DNA from: an uncultured Verrucomicrobia subdivision 3 bacterium | GTDB taxonomy: Bacteria > Verrucomicrobiota > Verrucomicrobiia > Limisphaerales > UBA11358 | NCBI GenBank assembly: GCA_903865745.1 | Contig: CAIPKV010000012.1 | Span: 10,953 to 74,952, forward strand | DNA length: 64,000 nucleotides | Direction: 5' to 3' | Shown: positions 47,918 to 57,488 of the stretch, piece after piece | Layout: each line of letters opens with the position of its first letter | Numbering within the stretch: position 1 is the stretch's first letter | Position numbers and translations under genes: made by a program | Notes under the pieces: model-generated | The model's database searches: none | What the model was told of the DNA's origin: nothing | What the model saw: the letters and a program-made list of their open reading frames with translations, nothing else

Positions 47918-48325
47918 AAACACCGTTTGTAATTTCAATTTTAATTTTTACGATTCTTTTTGCTGGGGTTTTGTAGCGAAGTTGCTGTGCCTGACGCAAA
48001 ACTACTCGGAAGACCGTTAGTCTCACTAGACAAATCATTTTTAATTGGCGCTACGAATTCAGTGTTGCCCGATTACATTGAGTTTGAGATGCGTAGTAAT
48101 AACGTCGCCAGCATTGACGCGGTTTATACTCAAACCACCTCATGTATTGATATTAAGAATGCGATTTCAATCCAACTTGGTTTACCAAAAAAGGAATTCC
48201 CAAAAGAATCCGGCAGCAAAATGTATGAATGGCACTGCGAATCTAATCACGTTGCCGCGCTCTTTTCTGATAAAAGCGAGCAAAATCAAAGACCTATGAT
48301 TATTGTTAGTTATCTAAAGAAATAA
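47914..48325 (+). pseudogene. Exported protein (possible second immunity gene) with a one-base frameshift in a T5 tract
   Basis: MKTPFVISILIFTILF is out of frame with LLGFCSEVAVP...; removing one T at 47957-47961 restores a signal peptide. Confidence 0.5.
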
Positions 48326-48724
48326 TAATTAAAGTTTTTCAGATTTATAAATTCACTGGCTTAAATTGTCGGGAAGTTTTTTAGGGCTTGAAATAATCCG
48401 CCGACGGCCTTATTCGGTAGCGCAGCTTGATAACCATCAAAGCCCAAACTACGCCGCGCAGCGCCACGCGGTATTTTCGGAGCACCTTTCGCACAACGAT
48501 TATTACTCGCAAAAGAGCAAGACCGTTGGCCGATGGTATGGCCGCACCTGTGCCGATTTCGGAATCGAGCAAAATTCAGTTTTCTTTGCGCGTGAAGCGA
48601 TCGCCGTTTGCGGGCGCGAATCAATTGTTTTATTTTCACATCTAATTGCTGCTATAAATCTGCCCGTGAAAGTTCAAGCCTTCGTATTCTGCGGCTGTTA
48701 CGAACATGGTTGCGCTAAATGCCC

Positions 48725-49336
48725 ATGAGCCAGACCGAATCATTCCGTGGCAAACGCGAGGCGCTGGTTCTCCGCTTGCGGGACAAGGAAAAACTGACCT
48801 TTCAGCAAATCGGCGAACGGTTTGACCGCTCCGCTTGTCGGGCCGCGCAGATTTATCAGGCCGCGCGCCGTAAAATCCAATTCCCACCTAACGGCCTGTC
48901 CAACCGGCTTAACCATCTTCTGGCCAAAGCCGGTTTTACGGTTGAGAAGCAAGCCATCGCCAGTGCCCTGCGCGCCGGCAAATTTTATCCCCAATGTTAT
49001 CCGCCCACCTACGGTATCTATGCACACCTGGAACTTTGCCAGTGGGCGGGCGTTGATCCAGCGTCCGTGCCAAATCCAACCTGTTATTATGTATCGTTTC
49101 CAGACAACGGCCTTTCCTACCGGACGAACAATGTCTTGAAATACGCGGGAATACCGGCCACGAAAGCGGCCGTCCTCGAAGCCTTAAAAAACGGCAGACT
49201 AATGCCTACCAAACGTCCCAACGGCTATGGAACAGCTACGCACGCCGAAATTTGCCGGTGGGTTGGAGTGACCCCGCGCCAATTACGAGGTCTCAAAAAA
49301 GCAACCGTCATTGCTCCGCAAATTCTCCGCACTTGA
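48725..49336 (+). CDS. Sigma70 region-4-like HTH plus two RNAP alpha-CTD-like repeats
   Basis: LTFQQIGERFDRSACRAAQIY; GLS.R.N..L..AG...G...H.E.C repeated twice. Confidence 0.55.
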   Translation: MSQTESFRGKREALVLRLRDKEKLTFQQIGERFDRSACRAAQIYQAARRKIQFPPNGLSNRLNHLLAKAGFTVEKQAIASALRAGKFYPQCYPPTYGIYAHLELCQWAGVDPASVPNPTCYYVSFPDNGLSYRTNNVLKYAGIPATKAAVLEALKNGRLMPTKRPNGYGTATHAEICRWVGVTPRQLRGLKKATVIAPQILRT

Positions 49337-49385
49337 CGAAGTTATGCAGATGAAGCGAACGAGCTCCCGTTGCGAGCATTGCAAA

Positions 49386-49646
49386 TTACAAATCGAAAGG
49401 GTCAAAGGTTTCGAGAGGTTTTGGTTTTTTGCTCTCTTTGACATCCTTTTTAACCAACTCCTTGGCAGTTTGGTTTGGTTTCCAAAAACTACAAAAATGG
49501 TTGTTTGCGTCCTTCAAGAACAACGCTTCAACGACATCTTCCAAACCAAGAAAGGTCATTTGCTCTTTACATGAACAGAAAAGATTGTTTTCAGGACCTT
49601 TCCTTGCGTAAACGCACCAAGTGCAATTCACCGACACAACATTCAT
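49386..49646 (-). CDS. Cys-rich small protein ending FDPFDL
   Basis: CTWC...CSC...C; C-terminus LETFDPFDL. Confidence 0.6.
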   Translation of the reverse strand: MNVVSVNCTWCVYARKGPENNLFCSCKEQMTFLGLEDVVEALFLKDANNHFCSFWKPNQTAKELVKKDVKESKKPKPLETFDPFDL

Positions 49647-49815
49647 GAAAGTTAAGTTCTAAAATATAGGATTCATGCCCGTTTGTTAGCATAAATTAGG
49701 CCATTTATTCGTTTTGTTGTATTAGTTGCGTCCCAAACTCATAAACATTTTCTCGCCAACACATCCACCTGTTCCACGCATCTTTGCACGCTTCCGCTAT
49801 CGCCATACTCCCCGC

Positions 49816-51473
49816 GAGGCTGTGTGAAAACTTTCTGACCGGAGCGGTGAAGAGAACGGATTGAGTGGAAAGTGTGAGTCTGTTTTTAGGGAAGTCTGAA
49901 GTGACCATTTGGTGCGGAGGTGAGTTATCCCGGTTATCGGTGGAAGTTCAGCCCTTTTTTGCGGGCAGACGTCGCCGCCAGACTTTCAGCCCACCGCCGC
50001 CATCAGTTTTTGGAAGCTCACCAGGTTCAGCACCCGTTTGAGGTTATAGACCAGCGTCGTCAGACTCCATTCGCATTGCACCTTGGCCAGTCCCTTCAGC
50101 ATAAAGTGCGTGTAGCCGAACCACCGCTTGATCGTTCCAAACGGATGTTCCGCCAGCGTTTTCCTTAATTTGAACTTCTCCGGCTGTTGCCGCATCCGCT
50201 CCGCCATCGCTTCCATCAGATGTTCGTTCGCCTCCCGCGTGATGGTCCGGTTGGCTTTGTTCCGCGTGCAGCGGCGCTTCAACGCGCAGGTCTTGCAGCC
50301 AGTGGCCCGATAGTATTGCAGCTCCCGCCCCAGCTCGTAAGTGCTGAACCGATACGTCAGCGCCGCTCCCGCCGGGCACACATACTCATTCTTCGCGGCG
50401 TCATACCGGAACTGGCTTTTGCCATACAGCCCCAGCTTGGTGTTCGCACTGGTGTCGCTCTTGGGAATGAACGGCGTGATCTGCTGCTCCACGCACCGGT
50501 CCACTTCGCTCGCGTTGTAGTAGCCGGCATCGGCCACCACTTCGGTTTTGTTCAATTCCAAATTGGCCTTGGCTTCCAGCGCCACGTTGGCCAGTTGCTG
50601 GTAGTCCGTCCCCTCGTTGGTCACGTCCGCCGCCGCGATCAACTTGTGTTTGCCATCCACCGCCACCTGCGCGTTGTAACCCACGATCATCCCGTGGGCT
50701 GTGGGCATCTTGCGCGTGTCCGGATCGGTCACGCTGATCTGCTTCTGCTCCGCATCCAGTTCGCCGAGCAGTTCCTTGTGCCAGTCCTGCTTGGCCTGCA
50801 ACGCCGCGATCTTCTCCGCCAGTTCGCTTTTTGTGAGCGCCGCAACAGCCGGTTCAGCGGCATCCACCGAATCCAGCTGCTGGAGATACTCGGCCAGCCT
50901 GGCATCGGCACGGGCGATCAACCCTTTGAGTTTGTCCGCGTTGAAGTTCTGGTCGCGCGCATTGACCGCCGTGAACTTGCTGCCGTCAATGGCCAGCAGT
51001 TCCCCGCCGAAGAGTTCCAGCTTGCGGCACAGCACCGTGAACTGCCGGGCCACGGCTTTGAGCGGCTGCAAATTATCTTTGCGGAAGTCGGCGATGGTTT
51101 TGAAGTCCGGCGTCAGCTTGCCCAGCAGCCAGAGCACTTCCACGTTGCGCAAACATTCAGCCTCCAGCAACCGGGAGGACCGCACGCGATGGAGATAACC
51201 GTAGAGGTAAAGCTTGAGCAGCACCGCCGGATCATAAGGCGGCCGGCCCGTGTTGGCGCAGCGAGCCTTGGCGAAACCCAGCGCGTGCAGATCCAACCAG
51301 GCGACGAAGGCGTCCAGAAACCGCACCGGGTTTTCCGCCCCGATGTAATCCTCCAGACGTTCAGGAAAGAGCAGCGTTTGCGAGCGGTCCAGACCAGTCC
51401 GATGGTTCATGCTTGTCAGAGACGCACGCACCGCTTAAAAGTTTCACCAGTGATTGACTTTTCACACAGCCTC
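49816..51473 (-). mobile_element. IS1182-family insertion sequence (1658 bp)
   Basis: Terminal inverted repeats GAGGCTGTGTGAAAA / TTTTCACACAGCCTC; CCGC 4-bp target duplication at 49812-15 and 51474-77. Confidence 0.92.
49986..51431 (-). CDS. IS1182 DDE transposase
   Basis: GRPPYDP, PDFKTIADFR, AIDGSK, ADAGYY, AEHPFGTIK. Confidence 0.95.
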   Translation of the reverse strand: MRASLTSMNHRTGLDRSQTLLFPERLEDYIGAENPVRFLDAFVAWLDLHALGFAKARCANTGRPPYDPAVLLKLYLYGYLHRVRSSRLLEAECLRNVEVLWLLGKLTPDFKTIADFRKDNLQPLKAVARQFTVLCRKLELFGGELLAIDGSKFTAVNARDQNFNADKLKGLIARADARLAEYLQQLDSVDAAEPAVAALTKSELAEKIAALQAKQDWHKELLGELDAEQKQISVTDPDTRKMPTAHGMIVGYNAQVAVDGKHKLIAAADVTNEGTDYQQLANVALEAKANLELNKTEVVADAGYYNASEVDRCVEQQITPFIPKSDTSANTKLGLYGKSQFRYDAAKNEYVCPAGAALTYRFSTYELGRELQYYRATGCKTCALKRRCTRNKANRTITREANEHLMEAMAERMRQQPEKFKLRKTLAEHPFGTIKRWFGYTHFMLKGLAKVQCEWSLTTLVYNLKRVLNLVSFQKLMAAVG

Positions 51474-51781
51474 CCGCCACTGAAAACCCGCCGTTGGTAA
51501 GGATGTTTCACTAAATTCACGCCGCCGGGGCGGTGACTTCCGCCCCGAACCCCACCCGCCAGAGGTGTCTGGACTCACCGACTTTCTCTAAACGCCGGTT
51601 TTCAGGCCCGGTTCTGTCCGCCTCTCTTCGCTTCTTTCGCCCTCACCAGGCCGCTCGCGCAGGGGGACGGGCGCGGTGCCCTCCGAGGCGCCTCCCGCTG
51701 TCCGCCCTGCTTCGCGGCCTTACTCGGTGAAGGGCGATAGAACCGAATACGAAAAACAGCCGGACAGCAAAAAAAAAGGCC

Positions 51782-52147
51782 ATGAAAACTCTTCTCGAAA
51801 GTCTCTCCAAATCAAATTCAGGGCTCCTGACCCGATCCGAAAAACAGGGGACAGGGCAAGCCCACAAATACATCGTCATCATCTTCGATGGACGTGAACA
51901 GGTGGTTTCCTTTCCGCATCACGTTCAACACTCCGATGTTTTCCACTACACCAAGCGCGAATGTCCGCACGTGGCACTGGTCAGCGCCGGATTTTATCTC
52001 GTTGCCGGTGACTTGCTCTGGGCTGGCGGTCGCAGTGAATCCCTTGAACTCGACTCCCGCCCGCAGGACACCGACCTGCTGAAATCGTTTCTCACCAGTC
52101 CCGACCGCAACCTTTGGGATTTGACGTTGCTTGGAGGTGCCCAATGA
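51782..52147 (+). CDS. Hypothetical protein
   Basis: FPHHVQHSDV...VSAGFY pattern; ATGA-coupled to radC. Confidence 0.6.
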   Translation: MKTLLESLSKSNSGLLTRSEKQGTGQAHKYIVIIFDGREQVVSFPHHVQHSDVFHYTKRECPHVALVSAGFYLVAGDLLWAGGRSESLELDSRPQDTDLLKSFLTSPDRNLWDLTLLGGAQ

Positions 52148-52668
52148 AACCGGACACCAACACGCCGAACCTGCCCGGCATTGAATCGCTGGTGCAGCCG
52201 TTCAAATTTCCGGCCACGCCCTACGAATACAAGGTGACGCCCTTGCGGGAATGTCCCACGCCCGCCGCGATGATGGAATGTGACACGCCCGATAAGGTTG
52301 CGGCTTATTGGAAACTTCACATTGCCACCAATCCCTACTTTGACCCCGAGCGGGAAACTTTGGCGGTGATCCTTTTGAACACCCGCCGACGTGCGAAGGG
52401 GCACCAAGTTGCTTCCATCGGCACGCTCGACACCTTACTCGTCAGTCCCACGGCTGTTTTCCGTTTGGCCATCGTGACCAGTGCCGCCGCCATCGTGGTA
52501 GCGCACAACCACCCCAGCGGGGACTGTCAGCCGAGCGAAGCCGACATCAAAGTGACGCGGGATTTAATCCGCGCCGGCCAGCTCCTTAAAATTGAAGTCC
52601 TCGACCACCTCGTTATCGGCCAGCCCAATTTTTTCAGCCTGAAAGCCAATGGCTACTTTTACTCCTGA
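52144..52668 (+). CDS. radC: RadC/JAB-domain protein
   Basis: E...VAHNHPSGDCQPSEAD, EVLDHLVI. Confidence 0.9.
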   Translation: MKPDTNTPNLPGIESLVQPFKFPATPYEYKVTPLRECPTPAAMMECDTPDKVAAYWKLHIATNPYFDPERETLAVILLNTRRRAKGHQVASIGTLDTLLVSPTAVFRLAIVTSAAAIVVAHNHPSGDCQPSEADIKVTRDLIRAGQLLKIEVLDHLVIGQPNFFSLKANGYFYS

Positions 52669-52674
52669 TTTTTT

Positions 52675-52971
52675 ATGAAACACACCAAACGCTTTTCCTT
52701 TGACCCGAACCAAGCCGAATTTGTCGGCGTCATCTGGCTCACTGCCGACACGCACCCCCACCGGCTCCGGGCCGGTGATGTCATCCGCTACGGCGGCAAA
52801 CTTGCCAGAATTGTTCGGGTGAATGATTGCTCCGCAGTGGTTTTGATGAATCAGCCCCCGCGCCGGTTTGAAACCCGGTTTCGCGGGCCGGTGCAATTCC
52901 AGCCGCCGCCCAAGTCATTCCGAATCTCCCCGCAATCCGAATGCGAAATCCTTAACCGCAAAATCAAATGA
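52675..52971 (+). CDS. Hypothetical protein
   Basis: Operonic with radC. Confidence 0.55.
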   Translation: MKHTKRFSFDPNQAEFVGVIWLTADTHPHRLRAGDVIRYGGKLARIVRVNDCSAVVLMNQPPRRFETRFRGPVQFQPPPKSFRISPQSECEILNRKIK

Positions 52972-53213
52972 CCACGACCAAAGCCAAACCCATCGGCGCG
53001 CAATGGCGCGGTATTTTCTTGGACGGGCCCCAGTCCGATGTTGACGACGAGGGAGAGGAAATTCCCGTCTGGGTCGTTTACGTCGGGAACGATGACGGCG
53101 ACCCCGTCGGCACCGTGTATCGGTTGCACCACTTCAAATCCGCCGAGCTTCTGGCCTACCGCATGGCCGAAGACCGCGATCTTGAAATCATCCACGAAGC
53201 TCTGCCTGAGTGA
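52968..53213 (+). CDS. Hypothetical acidic protein
   Basis: ATGA overlap with the preceding gene. Confidence 0.55.
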   Translation: MTTTKAKPIGAQWRGIFLDGPQSDVDDEGEEIPVWVVYVGNDDGDPVGTVYRLHHFKSAELLAYRMAEDRDLEIIHEALPE

Positions 53214-53336
53214 ACACACGGAGGTGATTTGTGCTTTTCATAAGCGGGTATCACAGGTGACCTAATGAATGGGGTCCAAGCAACACAAACAAATTGGTTT
53301 TATTGGATTAAAGCGTGAAGAGAAGCAAAATCATGG

Positions 53337-53367
53337 TTAATCCCATCTATTGCCTTGTTTGTCCCAT
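53337..53367 (+). promoter_or_regulatory. Predicted LytTR box 1
   Basis: TTAATCCCAT-N11-TTTGTCCCAT upstream of the kinase gene. Confidence 0.6.
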
Positions 53368-53468
53368 TTGATATTACAGAAACTTGGGTGTTGGGTTAAC
53401 ATCGGCAATAAAATGACCGTGCGAATTCATATTTTAGTATCGTCATGGGCGCGCTATTCTAAAAGCCA

Positions 53469-54611
53469 ATGAAAGCTTCTTCACCTTGCCGGCGGATGAT
53501 CTGGCGACTCGCGCCGCTTTGGGTTGCGCTGTGCTTATGGTGCGCAGTGGTCATTTTATTCACTTTTACCGCCGCCGTAGTCAATTCTGAACCGTGGTCT
53601 GCTTCGCTGGGGCATATCTGTTCTTTTTGGTTTTTGTGGATTTTCTTCTTTCCAATTATCATCTGGCTATCCTTGCGATTTCCGCTGGAGCAGCCAAAAC
53701 TTTTTTCGCAGATTTGCCTCCATCTGGCCGCCTGTATAGCCATTATCATCATCATTCAAGCTGCTTACCGGACTTTCTTGACATTCCCATCACTGCCGCC
53801 ACCGCCGCCAGATGATCTGACTTCATTGCCGCCGGATATGCGAACGATACCAAGACCGATGGGTTCGCCCGGAATGCGCGTGGCACCGGATGTCCTGATT
53901 TATTTGATGGCCATGAGCGCCTGTGTGGCGTTCGCCCATTTTCGCAAATCACAGGAGCGGGACCGCCGCGCCATCGAACTGGAGGCGAGCCTCGCCCAAG
54001 CCAGGCTGCAGGCGTTGCGGATGCAGATCAACCCGCATTTTCTGTTCAACACCCTCAACGCTATTTCCACGCTCGTCCACACCTGTCCGCAAACGGCTGA
54101 TGAGATGATCACAGACTTGAGCGAATTATTCCGTGCGTCGCTTGAAAGTTCGGCCGATCACGAGATTTCCCTAGCGCGCGAATTGGAATTGCTCCAGCGT
54201 TATCTCGACATCGAACAGCGGCGCTTCGGGGAGCGATTGAAAGTTGAACAAGACATTGAACCGGGAATTCTCCCGGCGCGGGTGCCCACGCTCATTCTCC
54301 AACCGCTCGTTGAAAATGCCATCCGGCACGGCATCGAGCGGCACACTGAAATTGGCATCATTGCGATTCACGCCGTTCGCGAGGGGAACCAAATCAAATT
54401 GTCCGTCGCCAATAATGGAAAAAAAACGTTTGATGCCGCCATTCTGGTTGGTAACCGGCATGGCATTGGACTGGCTAACACCCGGGCGCGTCTGCAACAG
54501 CTTTACGGCGCCGAACAATCATTTACCGTCAGCGACGGGGAGCTGGGCGGCTGGACGGTGGAAATTAAAATTCCATTTTGCCCCGCACCAACGACCAAGG
54601 CCATCTCATGA
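53469..54611 (+). CDS. LytS/YehU-like sensor histidine kinase
   Basis: TM helices, QINPHFLFNTLN, ENAIRHG, GIGLANT. Confidence 0.92.
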   Translation: MKASSPCRRMIWRLAPLWVALCLWCAVVILFTFTAAVVNSEPWSASLGHICSFWFLWIFFFPIIIWLSLRFPLEQPKLFSQICLHLAACIAIIIIIQAAYRTFLTFPSLPPPPPDDLTSLPPDMRTIPRPMGSPGMRVAPDVLIYLMAMSACVAFAHFRKSQERDRRAIELEASLAQARLQALRMQINPHFLFNTLNAISTLVHTCPQTADEMITDLSELFRASLESSADHEISLARELELLQRYLDIEQRRFGERLKVEQDIEPGILPARVPTLILQPLVENAIRHGIERHTEIGIIAIHAVREGNQIKLSVANNGKKTFDAAILVGNRHGIGLANTRARLQQLYGAEQSFTVSDGELGGWTVEIKIPFCPAPTTKAIS

Positions 54612-55360
54612 AAATTCGCGCGTTGATCGTGGATGACGAACCACTCGCGCGGAAACGCATTCATCTGTTCTTGCGCGATGAGCCGGACGTGGAAATCGTT
54701 GGTGAATGCGTGAACGGCACGGATGCCATCAAGCAAATTGGGCGACACATTCCTGACTTGGTCTTTCTGGACGTGCAGATGCCGGAAGTCAATGGCTTTG
54801 ATGTCTTGCGCGCGCTGCCGGCGAAGCGCTGGCCGATGGTGATTTTTGTGACGGCTCACGATCAACATGCTCTGGAAGCCTTTGAAGTTCACGCGTTGGA
54901 TTATTTGTTGAAGCCGTTCAAGGAAACTCGGTTCCGCCAGGCACTCCAGCGGGTGCGTCAAAATCTCAAAACACAAGCAATCCAAGGACAAAATCAACAT
55001 TTCCAGGAATGGTTGGCTCAAAACTCCGCCTATCCCAGCCGCCTCACCGTCAAATCAGGAGAGCACACGGCTTTCGTTGAGGTGGCCGATGTGGATTTCA
55101 TCGAAGCTGCCGCCAACTACGCCATCCTGCACGTCGGTGCGATCAATCACATTTTGCGCGAGACGCTCACGAACCTCGAAGCCAAGCTTTCTCCCAAGCG
55201 GTTCTTGCGCGTGAACCGTTCAGCCATCGTGAACCTTGATCGTATCAAAGCCGTGGAGCCGGCAACGCGTGGTGAACATGTCGTTGTGCTCAAGAATGGC
55301 AAGGAAATCTCGCTGACACGCGGTGTTCGTGAAGTCCAGCAGCGGCTGGAATCTCTGTAG
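54608..55360 (+). CDS. LytTR-family response regulator
   Basis: VDDEPLAR, FLDVQMP, FLRVNRSAIVN. Confidence 0.94.
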   Translation: MKIRALIVDDEPLARKRIHLFLRDEPDVEIVGECVNGTDAIKQIGRHIPDLVFLDVQMPEVNGFDVLRALPAKRWPMVIFVTAHDQHALEAFEVHALDYLLKPFKETRFRQALQRVRQNLKTQAIQGQNQHFQEWLAQNSAYPSRLTVKSGEHTAFVEVADVDFIEAAANYAILHVGAINHILRETLTNLEAKLSPKRFLRVNRSAIVNLDRIKAVEPATRGEHVVVLKNGKEISLTRGVREVQQRLESL

Positions 55361-55427
55361 CCTAGCGTTCACGCCCTTCGCTGACGCAATCTTTCTCTTA
55401 AGCGGAAATTGCTTTATCCGAGTCTTC

Positions 55428-55458
55428 TTAATCCCGTTTCTACCGGCCTTCGTCCCAT
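55428..55458 (+). promoter_or_regulatory. Predicted LytTR box 2
   Basis: TTAATCCCGT-N11-TTCGTCCCAT. Confidence 0.6.
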
Positions 55459-55508
55459 AACGGACAACTAACAGCCGGCGGCGGTGTCTTCATCATTCAG
55501 ATGACATT

Positions 55509-56045
55509 GTGAAAACCGAACTTCCAATCAACGGAAGCATAAATGCAAGCAGCTTGGGTGTGCTGATTGTTTACGACGGCGTTTGCTCTGGCAAACGCGC
55601 AAAATATCTCTGTGAACGGATCGAATTTCGCCTCGGCCCGGGGAACGAACTAAATCTCAGTATTTGGAATCTGGCGGCGTTGCGGGTTGCCTCTTTTGCC
55701 CAAGCGGCGGCAACTAATGCTGCCCATGCCGCATTGCTGATCGTCGCTATCAATGGCGATGAAGTGTTGTCGCCGCCCGTTAAAAGCTCGATCAGCAGGT
55801 GTGCGCGAGCAACACGCGCAATCGGCGGTGCGCTTGTGGCGCAACTCCACGGCATTCTTCGGATGAATCAGGAATTATCACCGGCCTACCAATGTTTGAA
55901 GCAAATCGCACATGAAGCCGGTGTGGATTTCTTTTCGGAAGTGATCGATCCGTCCGCTGACGAGATTGACTGCTCAATTGAAACCATTCACGAGAACGCC
56001 CGCATGAACATATCTTTGCGGGATGCCATCCTTAACCAATTTTGA
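55509..56045 (+). CDS. Hypothetical protein
   Basis: 178 aa; operonic with the secretin N-domain gene. Confidence 0.6.
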   Translation: MKTELPINGSINASSLGVLIVYDGVCSGKRAKYLCERIEFRLGPGNELNLSIWNLAALRVASFAQAAATNAAHAALLIVAINGDEVLSPPVKSSISRCARATRAIGGALVAQLHGILRMNQELSPAYQCLKQIAHEAGVDFFSEVIDPSADEIDCSIETIHENARMNISLRDAILNQF

Positions 56046-56049
56046 ATTC

Positions 56050-57324
56050 ATGGCACTAATTGGAAAAATAATTTCAGTTTTCATTGCGCTCGGCGTCGCT
56101 GGATTGGCGATTTCGGCGTCCGCGCAAACGGATGCCAATGCGCCGCCGGGAAATAATTTGGGCAATTCGAGCGCGATTATGCCGACGAAGCCGTTCGCCG
56201 AAAACAGAGCGACGGTGTCGTCGGATTTTGTGCCGCCGCCAGCGCCGGGCACGAACGCCGACGAACTGCGCATGAATTTCCGCAATGTGCCGCTGGAAAT
56301 AGTTTTGGACTATTTGAGCGATGTGGCGGGTTTCATCATCGTGCAGGACACACGCGTCACCGGCAATGTGAACGTCATTAGCAGCCACCCGATGACTCGC
56401 TACGAGGCGGTGGAACTGTTGAATTCCACTCTGAACAAAAATGGCTGCGCTGTCATCTGCAACGGGCGCACGCTGACAATCGTGGACAAGAATGACGCCA
56501 AGACTCGCGACATCCCGGTAAAGAGCGGCAACAATCCCGACGACATCCCGAAGAACGCGGAAATGGTCACGCAAATAATCCCGATCCGCTTCATCGAGGC
56601 TCGACAACTGGTTTCGGATTTGAGGTCGTTTGTTTCGCCACAGGCCACGGTGGTGGCGAACGAGGCGGGCAATTCCATCGTCATTACGGACGCGCAGGCG
56701 AATATCCGGCACCTGATGGAAATCATCTGGGCGATTGACAACAGCGCGAAGACGGAAACGGAAGTCCGCGTGTTCTATCTAAAGTTCGCCAACCCATCGG
56801 ATGTGGCAAATGAGTTGAGCAGCGTTTTTCAGAGGAATACCAGTTCTGACACCACCACACAGTCGCCAATCAATTCTGAAGATGTCGGCGACGGTCCCTC
56901 ATCCCCTTTTGGCGGTGGAAATGCCGATAGTGTCCAGAATGACCGCATTAAAACAGCGACGCAAGTGACAGTGGTGGCCGATTCGCGCATCCAAGCGGTT
57001 ATCGTGAGCGCGTCTAAATATTTGATGAACCAGATTGCGGGCATGATGAACGGCCTGGATGTGTCGTCAGACCGCGACCAGAAGGTTTTTGTCTATCACC
57101 TCAACAACGGCGATCCGAACCAAGTGGTGACGGTGCTACAAAACCTGTTCCAAAATAGCAGCACCTCCGGAACCGGAACCAGTTCGTCGCAAAAAAGCGC
57201 GCTCCAACAACGCGCCTTGAATAGTGTCACCACCACGAGTTCGACCACCACCACCTCTGAAGTCGGTGGCGGAAAGGGCACGGGTAATACAAGCGGTGGA
57301 AACTCCAGCACGCCATCGTTATGA
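56050..57324 (+). CDS. GspD-like N0-N3 domain protein lacking the secretin barrel
   Basis: MNFRNVPL N0 domain, TQIIPIRF, VADSRIQAVIV Secretin_N repeats; ends in an S/T/G-rich tail. Confidence 0.8.
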   Translation: MALIGKIISVFIALGVAGLAISASAQTDANAPPGNNLGNSSAIMPTKPFAENRATVSSDFVPPPAPGTNADELRMNFRNVPLEIVLDYLSDVAGFIIVQDTRVTGNVNVISSHPMTRYEAVELLNSTLNKNGCAVICNGRTLTIVDKNDAKTRDIPVKSGNNPDDIPKNAEMVTQIIPIRFIEARQLVSDLRSFVSPQATVVANEAGNSIVITDAQANIRHLMEIIWAIDNSAKTETEVRVFYLKFANPSDVANELSSVFQRNTSSDTTTQSPINSEDVGDGPSSPFGGGNADSVQNDRIKTATQVTVVADSRIQAVIVSASKYLMNQIAGMMNGLDVSSDRDQKVFVYHLNNGDPNQVVTVLQNLFQNSSTSGTGTSSSQKSALQQRALNSVTTTSSTTTTSEVGGGKGTGNTSGGNSSTPSL

Positions 57325-57457
57325 CTCATTCACAAATGTTGTCCTTTGATTCAGATGCATTCTCCGGACGGGTGGACAAAAGATGAAATACGCAAACGCA
57401 ACAACCAACCCCTCGGCAGTTGCGCTGATACAAGCGAGATTATTGAATTGGCGTAGT

Positions 57458-57488
57458 TTCATCCCGTTTATCCCGCTATTCATCCCAT
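57458..57488 (+). promoter_or_regulatory. Predicted LytTR box 3
   Basis: TTCATCCCGT-N11-TTCATCCCAT. Confidence 0.6.

Noticed and set aside
49910-49920. TGGTGCGGAGG as a fourth copy of the palindromic repeat
   Set aside because: Only 11 nt, the palindrome is broken, and it lies inside the IS1182 end; compatible with chance
50187-51500. Long antisense ORFs (also 21711-22688, 32019-32969, 44161-45276 and others)
   Set aside because: Shadow frames opposite well-supported genes in GC-rich DNA
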